Assembly: GCA_902563105.1 (NCBI GenBank)
Contig: CACEVU010000005.1
Coordinates: forward strand, 26,557 to 90,556
DNA from: an uncultured SAR86 cluster bacterium
Lineage (GTDB): Bacteria; Pseudomonadota; Gammaproteobacteria; Magnimaribacterales; AG-339-G14
DNA length: 64,000 bases
Direction: 5' to 3'
The notes beneath the pieces are model-generated. The model worked only from the letters and a program-made list of their open reading frames with translations. It was not told the DNA's origin and did not search any database. Position numbers and translations under genes: made by a program. Shown one piece after another: positions 29,910 through 39,933 of the stretch (position 1 is the first letter of the stretch; every line of letters starts with the position of its first letter).

Positions 29910-32900
29910 AGTTTTAGCACAAGCAACATCTATAGCGTTATGCACACCATCTACGACGCATGGATTTCCATCATTAATGACAGTAGAGGTAGGCTTAACT
30001 CCTATGGTATTCTCTGCGGTTCCATTTGGACTTACATCTCTTAGGACAGAACGATCAGAAATTGAAATAGTAGTGTCATAAGGTATCTCAGTTACACCAG
30101 CTCCAATTAAAGCCAATGCAGCAGATTTTTGAATAGGTTTTAAATATGCGTGTCCTAATAATGGTTTAAGTTTGTAAGTTGTTACATTTCCAAGAGCATC
30201 TGTTCCAGTGACTTCAGTACCGGCAGCAATTTCAAATTTATCTAACCCTCTTATGTAGGCCATATTAGCTGCAGTTCCATCCCATGGGAGTCCAGTTGTG
30301 ATATCCTTAAATTCCATCGGAATACCATCTAGTCTTGAACCCTTTCCAAAATAATTAAGTTTTAATTTTTTTCCATGTTCTGAGACCGGATAAGCAGCAG
30401 TGCTCGGAACGGTAAAATCAAGTTCTATAGGCTTGTCGAATATTTTTCTTTTCCCAGTATCCGGATCAATTAGATCATAATTTGGCTGAGAAACTAGTCT
30501 AATGTTGTACCAAGTAGAAACTGCCCCGCTATGCACTTTATTTACACAGTATCTGGGAGTAGCAAGATTGTCAGCTTGGCTCCATCCTGGACGATAATTA
30601 TATTCATCGGCATTTGAACTATCATAAACTTGAAAAGTTTTGTCGCAGGCAGCCTGAGCTAAACCTGCAGCATCAAATAATCTACCCATACCGAAACCCC
30701 AATAAGCTCCAGTTTCTATTGCATTATTTGGTTGAACAAGAACTCTTGCGCCATTTAAAAGCCCATACATATTTTGAATTTGTTGCAGTTTAGCTACGTT
30801 TGCTGCATCGAAAGTAAGGGCTTGACCGTCTACACTTAAAACTCCGCCAGCTTGATTGTATTGAACCACTTTACCATCGTCTCCTTTACCTGTACCGCCA
30901 CCTAAAATACCATCTTCCCATTGTCCTTCGGCATTAGGCCTTGTCCACTCTGGTGAACCAAAAGGAGCATTTCTGTCATATTCTAATTGTCCTGAGCCAT
31001 TTACTTCAGAAGTTTTAATGTATGGGCCGACATCAAAGTAAGGTGAAGAAGTTGGCGCTCTATCAACATTTCCAGAAACACTTGTCTTTGTCCAACTTTG
31101 ATCATTCTCAGGATCAGCAATTAAAACACCAGCTGCAATAAGTGCATCGTAGGTATTATTCAAAGCAGTTGGCGAAAGACATCTTTCTAAACAAAATAAA
31201 GTAGCAGGCAAATCTTCTACAGCTACTTGCTCATTTTTTTCTACCTTTATGCCGTTAACAGATGAGTTGGAAGATGGATTTTGTAATGTGTTTGTGCTGA
31301 TTGCTAGATGACTTCTTGCATCACGATTCCAAGCGTGGAGATGTCTAGTATAAGTATGCGGTGCTGAGCCTTTAACCATTATCGACAACCACTGGCTATT
31401 TTCAAATTTCTTATCTACAACGCTTTCTACACAAGGACCGTTATTACAGCTTAGGCCACGAGTGAAAACAAAACCTCCTTTGGTTGCAGGGTTTCCGTCG
31501 TTTTCAAGATCCTTGTCGTAATAACCTTCGTATTCTCGATAAGAAGTACATGCAACCCCATCTTTATCAAGATTATCAATGCCACAAAATCCTAAATCTT
31601 TAAATTCACTATTCCAATGTTCATCGTAAAACCACATTCTGATGCTTTGTTTATGAACATCGTCAAGAGCAATGTAACTTAGGGTAATCTTATCGGCCTG
31701 AATGAAGTTTTGCTTTAAAGTGTATTGCTTAGCTTTCTCACTGGTAGAAGCTGTCGGATCGTTGTTATTCCAAACAGTTACTTCGGGAGTGAAGTGTGCT
31801 CTATATCTATGTGGCATATAAACTCCATACTCGCTTGCGTAAACGTACATTTTTCCGCCTGGAAAATCATTCGTACCTGATGCTGTTGCTGAAATGGTGT
31901 GAGGCTTATTTAGTAGTTCTATTCTTGATCCTTCCGAATCGTACAATCCATATTCGGTAACCAATCTCAATGCGTTAGTTTTTTCAGTTGAGTAACATAT
32001 TTCTTCATATTCAAATGGATTCGAAGCTATTAAGTTTGTTTTCCAATAATCAGTCGCATTTGTTACCGGACTGATTGTTATATAGTCCTGATAGTTATCG
32101 ATTGCTTTAGGTCCCCACTTATTTTCTGGAGACATGAAATCATAAGCTTCTGCAGTAGGATTGATTATCCCTGCTGGAGTTGTTGGGAAAGGAAACTTGT
32201 AAATCAATATTTTAGCGTACTTATATTTTTTACAATAAAAATTCTTAACATCGTCAGCGTAAAACATATATCCGAGTTGCCAAGCAGGATTGTTTGGGCC
32301 CGGACTTATGAATCTTTCAAAAATTCCTTTAACAACATTGCCATCTGCTTGTAAGTTGAGATTAAAGGTATTCGTCCCAGCATGAGCTTTATAATTTATG
32401 GTATTGTCTTGGATTTCTATCATTCCCAAACCCACAGTCTTATCCTTTTCGTCTAAGCCTAAGTGAGCAAAGGCCGGTTGAATAGTAGACCAATTATCAA
32501 CTGATGGCGTGTAAGTAAAATCGAGTTTTAAATTGCCATACTTGGAGCAGTTTACGCCTGGATTAGGTGTCACATTCTCATTTAAGGCAGTACAAGGTAG
32601 TCTACTAATAGAGTAATCGTAATAGACGTTCGTTGGAAGAAATCTTGAATCCGTACTACCAATATTTACTTCAGACCATATTTTTGCAGTGAATGGATTT
32701 CCCACAGATGCTTTTACATCAAAAATTGCCGTATTGTATTGAGTTTCGGTAACTTCTACTTCTGTATCGTCCTGACCTTCTCCTCCACCTGAACCCTTTT
32801 GATCTTTGTCTTGTTCAAAGGAATTATTACAGCCCACACTATCGGTTAAAACATTATATGGACCGGCATTAACCAAAGAGCCACCCAACATTCCCTTTTT

Positions 32901-33044
32901 AATAAAACACATAAAGACATTAATAGTTTTGAGGGAATCATTTAAAGGTTGACCGTGAACAAAGTAGTCTATCTTGTCCTTTTGGTAATCTGTTGCGAAA
33001 GAGTTAATCGAAATAAAAATTAAAATAGTTGCTAGTTTTTTCAT
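29898..33044 (-). CDS. Large secreted protein A (1048 aa), cassette 1
   Basis: Sec/SPI signal (..NSFA); paralog of 33326-36583 and 36926-39913 by shared motifs; 16 Cys by manual count. Confidence 0.85.
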   Translation of the reverse strand: MKKLATILIFISINSFATDYQKDKIDYFVHGQPLNDSLKTINVFMCFIKKGMLGGSLVNAGPYNVLTDSVGCNNSFEQDKDQKGSGGGEGQDDTEVEVTETQYNTAIFDVKASVGNPFTAKIWSEVNIGSTDSRFLPTNVYYDYSISRLPCTALNENVTPNPGVNCSKYGNLKLDFTYTPSVDNWSTIQPAFAHLGLDEKDKTVGLGMIEIQDNTINYKAHAGTNTFNLNLQADGNVVKGIFERFISPGPNNPAWQLGYMFYADDVKNFYCKKYKYAKILIYKFPFPTTPAGIINPTAEAYDFMSPENKWGPKAIDNYQDYITISPVTNATDYWKTNLIASNPFEYEEICYSTEKTNALRLVTEYGLYDSEGSRIELLNKPHTISATASGTNDFPGGKMYVYASEYGVYMPHRYRAHFTPEVTVWNNNDPTASTSEKAKQYTLKQNFIQADKITLSYIALDDVHKQSIRMWFYDEHWNSEFKDLGFCGIDNLDKDGVACTSYREYEGYYDKDLENDGNPATKGGFVFTRGLSCNNGPCVESVVDKKFENSQWLSIMVKGSAPHTYTRHLHAWNRDARSHLAISTNTLQNPSSNSSVNGIKVEKNEQVAVEDLPATLFCLERCLSPTALNNTYDALIAAGVLIADPENDQSWTKTSVSGNVDRAPTSSPYFDVGPYIKTSEVNGSGQLEYDRNAPFGSPEWTRPNAEGQWEDGILGGGTGKGDDGKVVQYNQAGGVLSVDGQALTFDAANVAKLQQIQNMYGLLNGARVLVQPNNAIETGAYWGFGMGRLFDAAGLAQAACDKTFQVYDSSNADEYNYRPGWSQADNLATPRYCVNKVHSGAVSTWYNIRLVSQPNYDLIDPDTGKRKIFDKPIELDFTVPSTAAYPVSEHGKKLKLNYFGKGSRLDGIPMEFKDITTGLPWDGTAANMAYIRGLDKFEIAAGTEVTGTDALGNVTTYKLKPLLGHAYLKPIQKSAALALIGAGVTEIPYDTTISISDRSVLRDVSPNGTAENTIGVKPTSTVINDGNPCVVDGVHNAIDVACAKTLTQ

Positions 33045-33048
33045 TTGA

Positions 33049-33222
33049 TCAATCGTCTATATCTAAAGGTTGAAAAGAACTTACACTTCCAGGAAGTAAG
33101 GTTAATTCTGAACTAGAATTAGAACTAGAACTAGAACTAGAACCAGAACTTGCTGCAGTTGAAGATCCTCCACCTCCACAGCTAATTAAAAATAAGACAG
33201 CCAAAACAGATAAAAACTTCAT
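33049..33222 (-). CDS. Micro-lipoprotein A (57 aa), not in the ORF track
   Basis: Hand translation: MKFLSVLAVLFLISCGGGGSSTAASSGSSSSSSSNSSSELTLLPGSVSSFQPLDIDD. GGAG RBS; stop lies 4 nt before the start of protein A. Confidence 0.88.
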   Translation of the reverse strand: MKFLSVLAVLFLISCGGGGSSTAASSGSSSSSSSNSSSELTLLPGSVSSFQPLDIDD

Positions 33223-33283
33223 AATTCTCCCAAAAAATATAATTAATACTAATGGTAATTTTGATTTATATCCATAAGAAATT

Positions 33284-33314
33284 AAAAAAGCCTTCCGAAG
33301 AAGGCTTTTTTTTT
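33284..33314 (-). terminator. Intrinsic terminator of cassette 2
   Basis: Minus strand GCCTTC-TTCG-GAAGGC-TTTTTT (cUUCGg tetraloop) just after the protein B stop. Confidence 0.9.
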
Positions 33315-33325
33315 AAAAAGATTTT

Positions 33326-36300
33326 CTAATTTGCTGTCGGCACAGTTGCCAATTGTTCAGTAGTTTCTTTCACTTTCCCCATGATGACAGATGGGTCACC
33401 ATTGTTTCTTAGTAAAGTAGGTACTGTTCCAATTTTATTGGTCTCGGATCCATTTGGACCCATGTCCGTAAGCTTTGTAGCCTCAGCAATAGGATTAGCT
33501 GTTTGAATAGCAGCGTAATCTCTGGTACCAGAAACAACTTTTGTTGCTAAAAACTGATCTCCATTCAATCTTTTCGCATACAAAGTGACTGGACTTCCTG
33601 ATGAATTATCAGTCAACTGAGATCCATCTGGAATAGTAAATTTGTTTACCCAGCGATAACAATCGCTCCAATCTCCGTTGATATAATCGCCTTGATAAAG
33701 ACCAGTACAGGTATTAAAAAATCCTCCTGGAATATTCCAAAGACTACCAAAACCTTCAAATTGAAGTTGATAAGATTTTTCAGCTAGCTCTAAGTTCCCT
33801 TTCGCAGCAGAGATGCCCGCAGCTGTTAGTTGAGACGAAGCCCATTGAGTTCCGTCAAGTTCAAGCCTTTTTGGCTGTTGGATATTAACTTTTGTACCGG
33901 CTTCTGACAATTGATAAACACCCTCTGTCATGATTCCAATTTCAAAGTACGTAGATATTTGCCCGCTACGAATTTTTTCATAGCAATATCGATCTTCAGT
34001 CATCTTTGCAGTAGGTTGAGGGGGCGTCTGAGCATCTAAATATCTTGGGTGATCAACATTGTATAGAAGATATGTACCTCCCACTTCATCTTTAGGACAT
34101 TCAAAAGTATGAATAGGAACTATATCGTCTCCTGGTTTTCTTGCAGGAACTAAATAACCGGTTCTTGCAGACCAACTAACATATTGCATACTGTAAGGAT
34201 CTGAAGCCGTCCAATCTGGACGCTTAACTTGCATTCCATAAAGTTTCCAGGTTACAGGATATTTGAGAGTTGCAGTTGCTGAAGACATTGCAGTTTGATT
34301 CGCATCGGAAACCGTCACTTCATTAGCAGTAGCATTGGTTTGATAATAAATTTTTCCTGAATCTATGATGTAATCGGTAATTTCTGACTGAGCCCTGCCA
34401 TCCAACTCACTAAAAAATTGTCCTGCTCCAGAATCAAAGTCATAAAACAAATGATTGGTATCCCAAATAGATTCGTAATAGACATTATACAAATCATCAT
34501 TTGATGGATCATTATCAGAAACTCTGGTTACAGCATCGCTTAGCCTTATATTGTATAATTCGGGTTTCAAGCACAAATTAATACAAGCAAGTCTATCAGC
34601 CGGATCCGAAGTACCTGGGTTTCCGTCAATATCCACTGAGGCAAGATAAGTCTCTAAGTCAGCAACAGAAATTCTATCTATCTGTTCGTTTTTAATTCCA
34701 ATTCCAGCAACAACGGAACTATGATTTGCTGTTTCAAAAGCTTCTCCAGGAATTCGAAAAGAATCCCAAGTATCAGGAGACCAAGCATCCAATTGCTCAA
34801 TATATCCAGGAGTTATTTGCATTACTGAAGCATAGTTAGAGCCATCAATTATTATAGGTGAAGACAGTTGTACTTCAGGATCTCCGTTTCCTGCCCATTT
34901 CATTCCATGGGTTAAAGTAAGAGCTCCAGCATTTCCGGTTCCACCGTCTTTATCCCAATAACCAATATAACTGTAAAAACAAACACTATTATTTTCATCA
35001 TCATAGTGCGTGTAATCGCACTGAGTTCCACCATTCGCTGTAGTTGAATTTGTCAGAGTTTCCCAAGCTGCTTTCGCAGAAGTCTCCCATGGCTCGCTTA
35101 TATTTAATCTAATTTTATGGATACTATCCAAACTCCGATAAGAAGTTGAAAACTTAGTGATTTCAAGATAATTTTTTGTCAAATCACATTCTGTAGTAGA
35201 ACATTTATAATCTCCTCCGGATTGACCATCATCTCTTTTCCATTTTCTAGTTGTAGGGTCAATTCCAGCTTCTTGAGCATAATAGTCAACCCAAACTCCC
35301 CAATAGTCGGCCCAACCGAATATATCATCACCTGATAGGCTATCGGATCTAATAGGAAAACTTCCAGCGCTTTCCCCATGTCTTGTGCCGTCAGCATTAT
35401 AAATTCCATAACGAAAAACATTCGTAAACGCGTTGGCTTTATTGGTATCGTAACAAGTCTCCGTAGTTGAGATACCTGTATTGGCTAAATCTATAGTTGT
35501 TCCTTGTAAAGACTGACCTTCGGTAGCACCCTTAGAGTTTGGATCAGCAAAGTCATAAAAACCTCCTATCATGGAAGAAAAAGATGATTGTTCAGCTGAA
35601 ATAGCTTTCTCACAATAATACGAGCCAGAATCACTTGCTTCAAATGCATAAAATACTTTTACATCTCCCATTTGAGTAGGGTTTGCACCACTCATCATCC
35701 ATGTGTTATCCCAAGTTTGAGTTGAGTAAATACCACTTGATCCATCTGCCGAGAAAGTAATAGTAATTTCTTGAGAACCCAGAATACTTTCTCTAAAAGT
35801 AATGGTTTGACCATTAGCTTCTAAGAAACCGTTTCCTAAACTGAAGTTTTGAAGTTCCATTTTTTCTTTTTGTGTTTTTCCAAAATCATCTACAGCAGTC
35901 AGCGCTTCAGTACCTGCAATAGAAATCGGCGCACCCATTGCAATTGACTGTAACTCATCTGCTACAGCTTTTGCATCTGTATACATCGTATAGCTCATTT
36001 TAAAGTCGCCGAACTTGGAAGTTTCGCTGGCACTGGCGGTTTGTTCGTATTTTAAATAAACCGTTGCATCAAAAGGAAGATCACCGCCACCTCCGCCGCC
36101 CTGGGTTCCCCCCGTAGCGCCATCAGCAGCAAACCCGACTGCTGCTGGACCAGCTCCAGAACCAGAACCTTTGAGTTGTATCCAAACGCTTCCAAACATG
36201 GGCGAAGAGCCATCAGCTTGAGTTATTTTTACAAAAGCAGTGTTTCCCTCTTTTTTATTTTGAGCTGAACCACTACCACCGCTACCTCCACCTTTTGCTT

Positions 36301-36583
36301 CAGAAGCTTTCTGTTTATCGTCTCCAGAAGCTTTTCCAAATGAACAATCTTCTTCAAAGATAGTTGCGACATAAGTTTCTTTGTTAACAAATTCAGTAGG
36401 CTTCGTATTAGATAAATAACAAAGTAATAAATTAACTCTTTCTAAAGCAGCATTTACCTTATTTCCTGAAACAAAGAAATCCTGTTCATCAGATGTGTAT
36501 GCTCCAGATGTGGGTACTTGGGCTAAAGAAAATTGTATAAAAAATAAAGATGTACTTAATAAAATTAATTTAAATATTTTCAT
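33326..36583 (-). CDS. Large secreted protein B (1085 aa), cassette 2
   Basis: Sec/SPI signal (..FSLA|QV); paralogous motifs; 14 Cys by manual count. Confidence 0.85.
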   Translation of the reverse strand: MKIFKLILLSTSLFFIQFSLAQVPTSGAYTSDEQDFFVSGNKVNAALERVNLLLCYLSNTKPTEFVNKETYVATIFEEDCSFGKASGDDKQKASEAKGGGSGGSGSAQNKKEGNTAFVKITQADGSSPMFGSVWIQLKGSGSGAGPAAVGFAADGATGGTQGGGGGGDLPFDATVYLKYEQTASASETSKFGDFKMSYTMYTDAKAVADELQSIAMGAPISIAGTEALTAVDDFGKTQKEKMELQNFSLGNGFLEANGQTITFRESILGSQEITITFSADGSSGIYSTQTWDNTWMMSGANPTQMGDVKVFYAFEASDSGSYYCEKAISAEQSSFSSMIGGFYDFADPNSKGATEGQSLQGTTIDLANTGISTTETCYDTNKANAFTNVFRYGIYNADGTRHGESAGSFPIRSDSLSGDDIFGWADYWGVWVDYYAQEAGIDPTTRKWKRDDGQSGGDYKCSTTECDLTKNYLEITKFSTSYRSLDSIHKIRLNISEPWETSAKAAWETLTNSTTANGGTQCDYTHYDDENNSVCFYSYIGYWDKDGGTGNAGALTLTHGMKWAGNGDPEVQLSSPIIIDGSNYASVMQITPGYIEQLDAWSPDTWDSFRIPGEAFETANHSSVVAGIGIKNEQIDRISVADLETYLASVDIDGNPGTSDPADRLACINLCLKPELYNIRLSDAVTRVSDNDPSNDDLYNVYYESIWDTNHLFYDFDSGAGQFFSELDGRAQSEITDYIIDSGKIYYQTNATANEVTVSDANQTAMSSATATLKYPVTWKLYGMQVKRPDWTASDPYSMQYVSWSARTGYLVPARKPGDDIVPIHTFECPKDEVGGTYLLYNVDHPRYLDAQTPPQPTAKMTEDRYCYEKIRSGQISTYFEIGIMTEGVYQLSEAGTKVNIQQPKRLELDGTQWASSQLTAAGISAAKGNLELAEKSYQLQFEGFGSLWNIPGGFFNTCTGLYQGDYINGDWSDCYRWVNKFTIPDGSQLTDNSSGSPVTLYAKRLNGDQFLATKVVSGTRDYAAIQTANPIAEATKLTDMGPNGSETNKIGTVPTLLRNNGDPSVIMGKVKETTEQLATVPTAN

Positions 36584-36592
36584 AATTGATTC

Positions 36593-36793
36593 CTAATCTA
36601 CAGCTTGAATTTTTTCTTGTACTTGGTACCCCTGCGCAGCTCCACCTGAACTTGAACTTGAACTTGAACTTGAACTTGAACTTGAACTTGAACTCGAAGA
36701 TCCAGAAGAACTTGCCGCAGCAGATGAGCCACCGCCTCCACAAGCAGATAATAAAGCGGCTAGAGCCATTAGAATAAAGATTTTTCTAAACAT
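36593..36793 (-). CDS. Micro-lipoprotein B (66 aa)
   Basis: MFRKIFILMALAALLSACGGGGSSAAA-polySer-GGAAQGYQVQEKIQAVD; start ATG 36793 with GGGGAG RBS; lipobox LSAC. Confidence 0.9.
   Translation of the reverse strand: MFRKIFILMALAALLSACGGGGSSAAASSSGSSSSSSSSSSSSSSSSSSGGAAQGYQVQEKIQAVD
36647..36694. repeat. (TGAACT)x8 perfect hexamer tandem repeat encoding poly-Ser
   Basis: Read directly; AGTTCA units on the coding strand, frame-preserving. Confidence 0.95.
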
Positions 36794-36878
36794 TGAATAC
36801 TCCCCCAAAAATTTATTTATTTTTATCAAAATTACTCTAATTCTAAAAAAAATCAATACTTTTGAACGAAAGAAGAAT

Positions 36879-36912
36879 AAAAAAAACCCCCGAATGATCG
36901 AGGGTTTTTTTT
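36879..36912 (-). terminator. Intrinsic terminator of cassette 3
   Basis: Minus strand CCCTCGA-TCAT-TCGGGGG-T8; the G-U pair forms only in the minus-strand RNA. Confidence 0.88.
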
Positions 36913-36925
36913 AGAAGATTATCTT

Positions 36926-39913
36926 TTATTCAGGGGCGACAATCGTCTTTCCTTGAATCACCGAAGGTTCGGCTTCACCATCTACGACGTTAAGCGTCAC
37001 TGTTGGCTTGGCACCGATTGAATTGGCGCCTGTTACAAGATCCTGAAGATTTGCAGAAGTTGGCAAATCCGAGGCTGTCTTTGCATAAGTAATACCTGAA
37101 GGAGGAGTCTCCAATTTTTTAATATAAACGTCTCCTCTAAGCGGTCTTACTTTTATATCTTCTCCTCCAGAGAGGTTGGTCAGTACAGTACCTGCTGGCA
37201 TAACGAACTCTGGAACATAACGATAAGACTGTTTCCAACCATCGTTGACATATCTTCCTTTATCCGTGCCGTCAGACATATCAACAACTCTTCCTGGAAA
37301 ATTCTGGATCGCACCAAAACCTTCAAATTTTAACTTGAACTTCTGTCCTGCTAAATCCGTATTAGGAAAATTATAAGATGGTGCAAGAGCTGATCCTGCA
37401 GCTGGAACTGTATATTCAACGGTTTGAGGAGCTGAAATAGTTGCATAAGCATTGGTAGTCGTATTGAACAAACGATAGTCAGGTCTTTGTTTCAAACGAA
37501 TGCTATAAATCGTATCAATCCCACCACTATAGAGCTCGTGTTGGCAAGCATAAAGTCCTGTTCCTGAGGAATGCATTGATGCATCAGAAGCAACTGACTT
37601 CAATAAAGCGTCATAACCACGAGCATTTCCTCCATCTTCATCACATCGAAGAGCAGCTCGATTGGCTGTATTATTGAGAACCATCCTCATGTTATAGGCC
37701 CAGCCAAAATTATGCGCATAATTATCGACCGTATAAGAAGAAGGTTTTGTGTAATAACGATAACTACCTAAACTATCATCATGGCCGCGAGCATCAACAA
37801 AATTTGCATTGTCTGTACTATAAGTTAAGTTGCCAATACCGTCATTGATGTAGAGCTCTCCGCTTACTTCTGCAATGGTATATAAAGCAGCATCAGTAAA
37901 TAAAGTACCTCCGATGTTGTTATAACTTCCAGCAAGCAAAGTTGGTTCTGCAGGGTCAGCATCTTGAGTATCGTTTGTTGTATTTTCGTCTCGATAGAAA
38001 TCTTCTTTATGATAAGGCCCAATATCTTTATAAGGCCCAGCTAGTGTAGTCGAAGGAGACGCTGGCGGATCACTTGCAAGAGCTCCTCTAGCAGCATCCA
38101 TGGAAGCGTTCACTTCTGTAGCACCCAAACATTCTGAAAGACAGATAAAGTTTGTTGCGGTATCAGCATTTAGCTCAGCTTTGAGCGTATCAATATCCAT
38201 TTTGGTCTCAATCATTGTTCTTGCTTTATTGGCATCAAGTGTTGCAGAAAAAACATTGAAAGCCGAGTGAGGGATATTGTAACTTTGATGCGAATCGGGA
38301 TCCCAAAAGTGCATATCACGTCCAAAAGAACCATCCACCATTCCCGAAAACCAATCTGCAGCTGAGAAACTAAAATTAGTACTCAGCTTGAATGGCATTG
38401 TGTTCGAACCCCAATCCATACCGTGAGTAAAAACAAAGGTTACGTCTGCTGGAGTGGTTCCAGAAACTGAAATATAGCCATTGTATTCCGGACAATTTCT
38501 ACCGGCAGCATCGCAATTTCCAGTTAATGGAACATTACCGGCTCCTCCTAGGTTTCCAAAAGAAGATCTAAAAACTAGATTATCCTTTATATGATCGACA
38601 TACATTTGAAAGCTCACACCATCTAAATCGCCAAGGGAAACGTACTGACGAGATCTTTTTTCGATTTCGTAATAAGTTTTTCTAAGTGAATAGTCGTTGT
38701 TATCGTTGTTGTCTCGTTGATTTTTAAATTTTGTTGCAGGCGATACGTTGGTTCGATCGTCTTTATCTACATGGACTCCCCAGTAACTTGCCCAACTGTA
38801 AATACTCTTCGTTAAGCCTGTGTTGTCTGCTGGATTAGCTTCTAAAGACATTGCTGGCGTTGTTAGATCCAATCTTGAGCCAGTGGTATCAGACTTATAA
38901 GTACCGTATTCGTACACAGCAACCATTGCTTCACTTGTTCTGGTATCCCAACAATGTTCACCCGTCACAGTTGCATCATTACCACCGGTAGATCTGGTTT
39001 CTGAGGCAGCATTGATCAGCGCTTGAAAATCTGTACCGTTAATTTTCGTTCCAGATGCTGCTAAGGTTTGTGCTGCACCCACTCTTTGGTATTCTTCGGC
39101 TTGAACAAATTTCTGACAATAAAGATTTGCCCCAACATTGACATGAATTTGATGTTCTACAGCATAGAGTTTTTGGTTCTGAGAACTATCAAAAGTATCT
39201 AAATTTGATACCAAATATCCTTGAATATCATTTGGATCAGTCATATCAACAGATACGGAAATTGGCGGATCATCTCCTCCTTCTTCAAAAAAATCTATTT
39301 GAGAATTATTGACAGTTAAAACTCCAGCATAAAGCTTTGTGTTTGCAGGTATCCCGTTAAAAACTTCTTTATTTGTGATGTGAAAATGCATCTCGAAAGA
39401 TCCAAATCTATTGGTATCACTGGCATCTTCTGTAACGATGGTCTTTACATAAACGGTTGATGGAACAATTTGATCATTGATTTCCATTGATTCGAGATCA
39501 ACCCAGCCAAGTCCTTGAGCAGTATTAACTTGTGTTGTCATGTTGTAGGTACCAAGAGTGTACTCTACGGTTTCAACCTCATTTCCACTGGCTGCTCCGC
39601 CACCTTCCCCGCTGGAAGAGCTCCCCCCAGTAGCTGCTGCTTGATCCGAACTCGCATCAGCTCCACTTGCATTTCTGCATTTAGCCTCATCCGTTAAAGC
39701 TGTATAAACACCTTTGTCTAAAAATGTTGAAAAATTAACACTTTGTAAAAAACAAATTAAAAAATTAACTTGCTGATTTACATCATTCGCTAAGATTCCA
39801 GGCGAATAAAAATCTACTTCAGCTGCATCGGCAGTGTAATCGTCTACCTGCGCGACGATATTAGATGAGGCATAGATTAAAAATAAAATTGATAAAAACT
39901 TTTTGATATTCAT
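36926..39913 (-). CDS. Large secreted protein C (995 aa), cassette 3
   Basis: Sec/SPI signal (..NIVA|QV); paralogous motifs; 10 Cys by manual count; GAGG RBS. Confidence 0.85.
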   Translation of the reverse strand: MNIKKFLSILFLIYASSNIVAQVDDYTADAAEVDFYSPGILANDVNQQVNFLICFLQSVNFSTFLDKGVYTALTDEAKCRNASGADASSDQAAATGGSSSSGEGGGAASGNEVETVEYTLGTYNMTTQVNTAQGLGWVDLESMEINDQIVPSTVYVKTIVTEDASDTNRFGSFEMHFHITNKEVFNGIPANTKLYAGVLTVNNSQIDFFEEGGDDPPISVSVDMTDPNDIQGYLVSNLDTFDSSQNQKLYAVEHQIHVNVGANLYCQKFVQAEEYQRVGAAQTLAASGTKINGTDFQALINAASETRSTGGNDATVTGEHCWDTRTSEAMVAVYEYGTYKSDTTGSRLDLTTPAMSLEANPADNTGLTKSIYSWASYWGVHVDKDDRTNVSPATKFKNQRDNNDNNDYSLRKTYYEIEKRSRQYVSLGDLDGVSFQMYVDHIKDNLVFRSSFGNLGGAGNVPLTGNCDAAGRNCPEYNGYISVSGTTPADVTFVFTHGMDWGSNTMPFKLSTNFSFSAADWFSGMVDGSFGRDMHFWDPDSHQSYNIPHSAFNVFSATLDANKARTMIETKMDIDTLKAELNADTATNFICLSECLGATEVNASMDAARGALASDPPASPSTTLAGPYKDIGPYHKEDFYRDENTTNDTQDADPAEPTLLAGSYNNIGGTLFTDAALYTIAEVSGELYINDGIGNLTYSTDNANFVDARGHDDSLGSYRYYTKPSSYTVDNYAHNFGWAYNMRMVLNNTANRAALRCDEDGGNARGYDALLKSVASDASMHSSGTGLYACQHELYSGGIDTIYSIRLKQRPDYRLFNTTTNAYATISAPQTVEYTVPAAGSALAPSYNFPNTDLAGQKFKLKFEGFGAIQNFPGRVVDMSDGTDKGRYVNDGWKQSYRYVPEFVMPAGTVLTNLSGGEDIKVRPLRGDVYIKKLETPPSGITYAKTASDLPTSANLQDLVTGANSIGAKPTVTLNVVDGEAEPSVIQGKTIVAPE

Positions 39914-39933
39914 GATAAAAATCCTCGTTAAGA

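Noticed and set aside
36647-36694. Possible CRISPR array or frameshift-type phase-variation tract
   Set aside because: It is a 6-nt unit without spacers, and unit changes keep the frame.
36586-36777. Plus-strand ORF with an (LN)n repeat
   Set aside because: Antisense reading of the poly-Ser hexamer repeat. The minus-strand lipoprotein has an RBS, a lipobox and two paralogs.
29898-39913. Large proteins as TonB-dependent receptors, autotransporters or RTX/Rhs toxins
   Set aside because: No terminal aromatic beta-signal, no recognisable plug/barrel pattern, no GGxGxD nonapeptide or YD repeats, and no transporter or immunity gene nearby.
33045-39933. Micro-lipoprotein plus large gene as broken (pseudogenised or frameshifted) single lipoprotein genes
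   Set aside because: The split recurs three times in divergent sequence, and each large gene has its own ATG and complete type I signal peptide.
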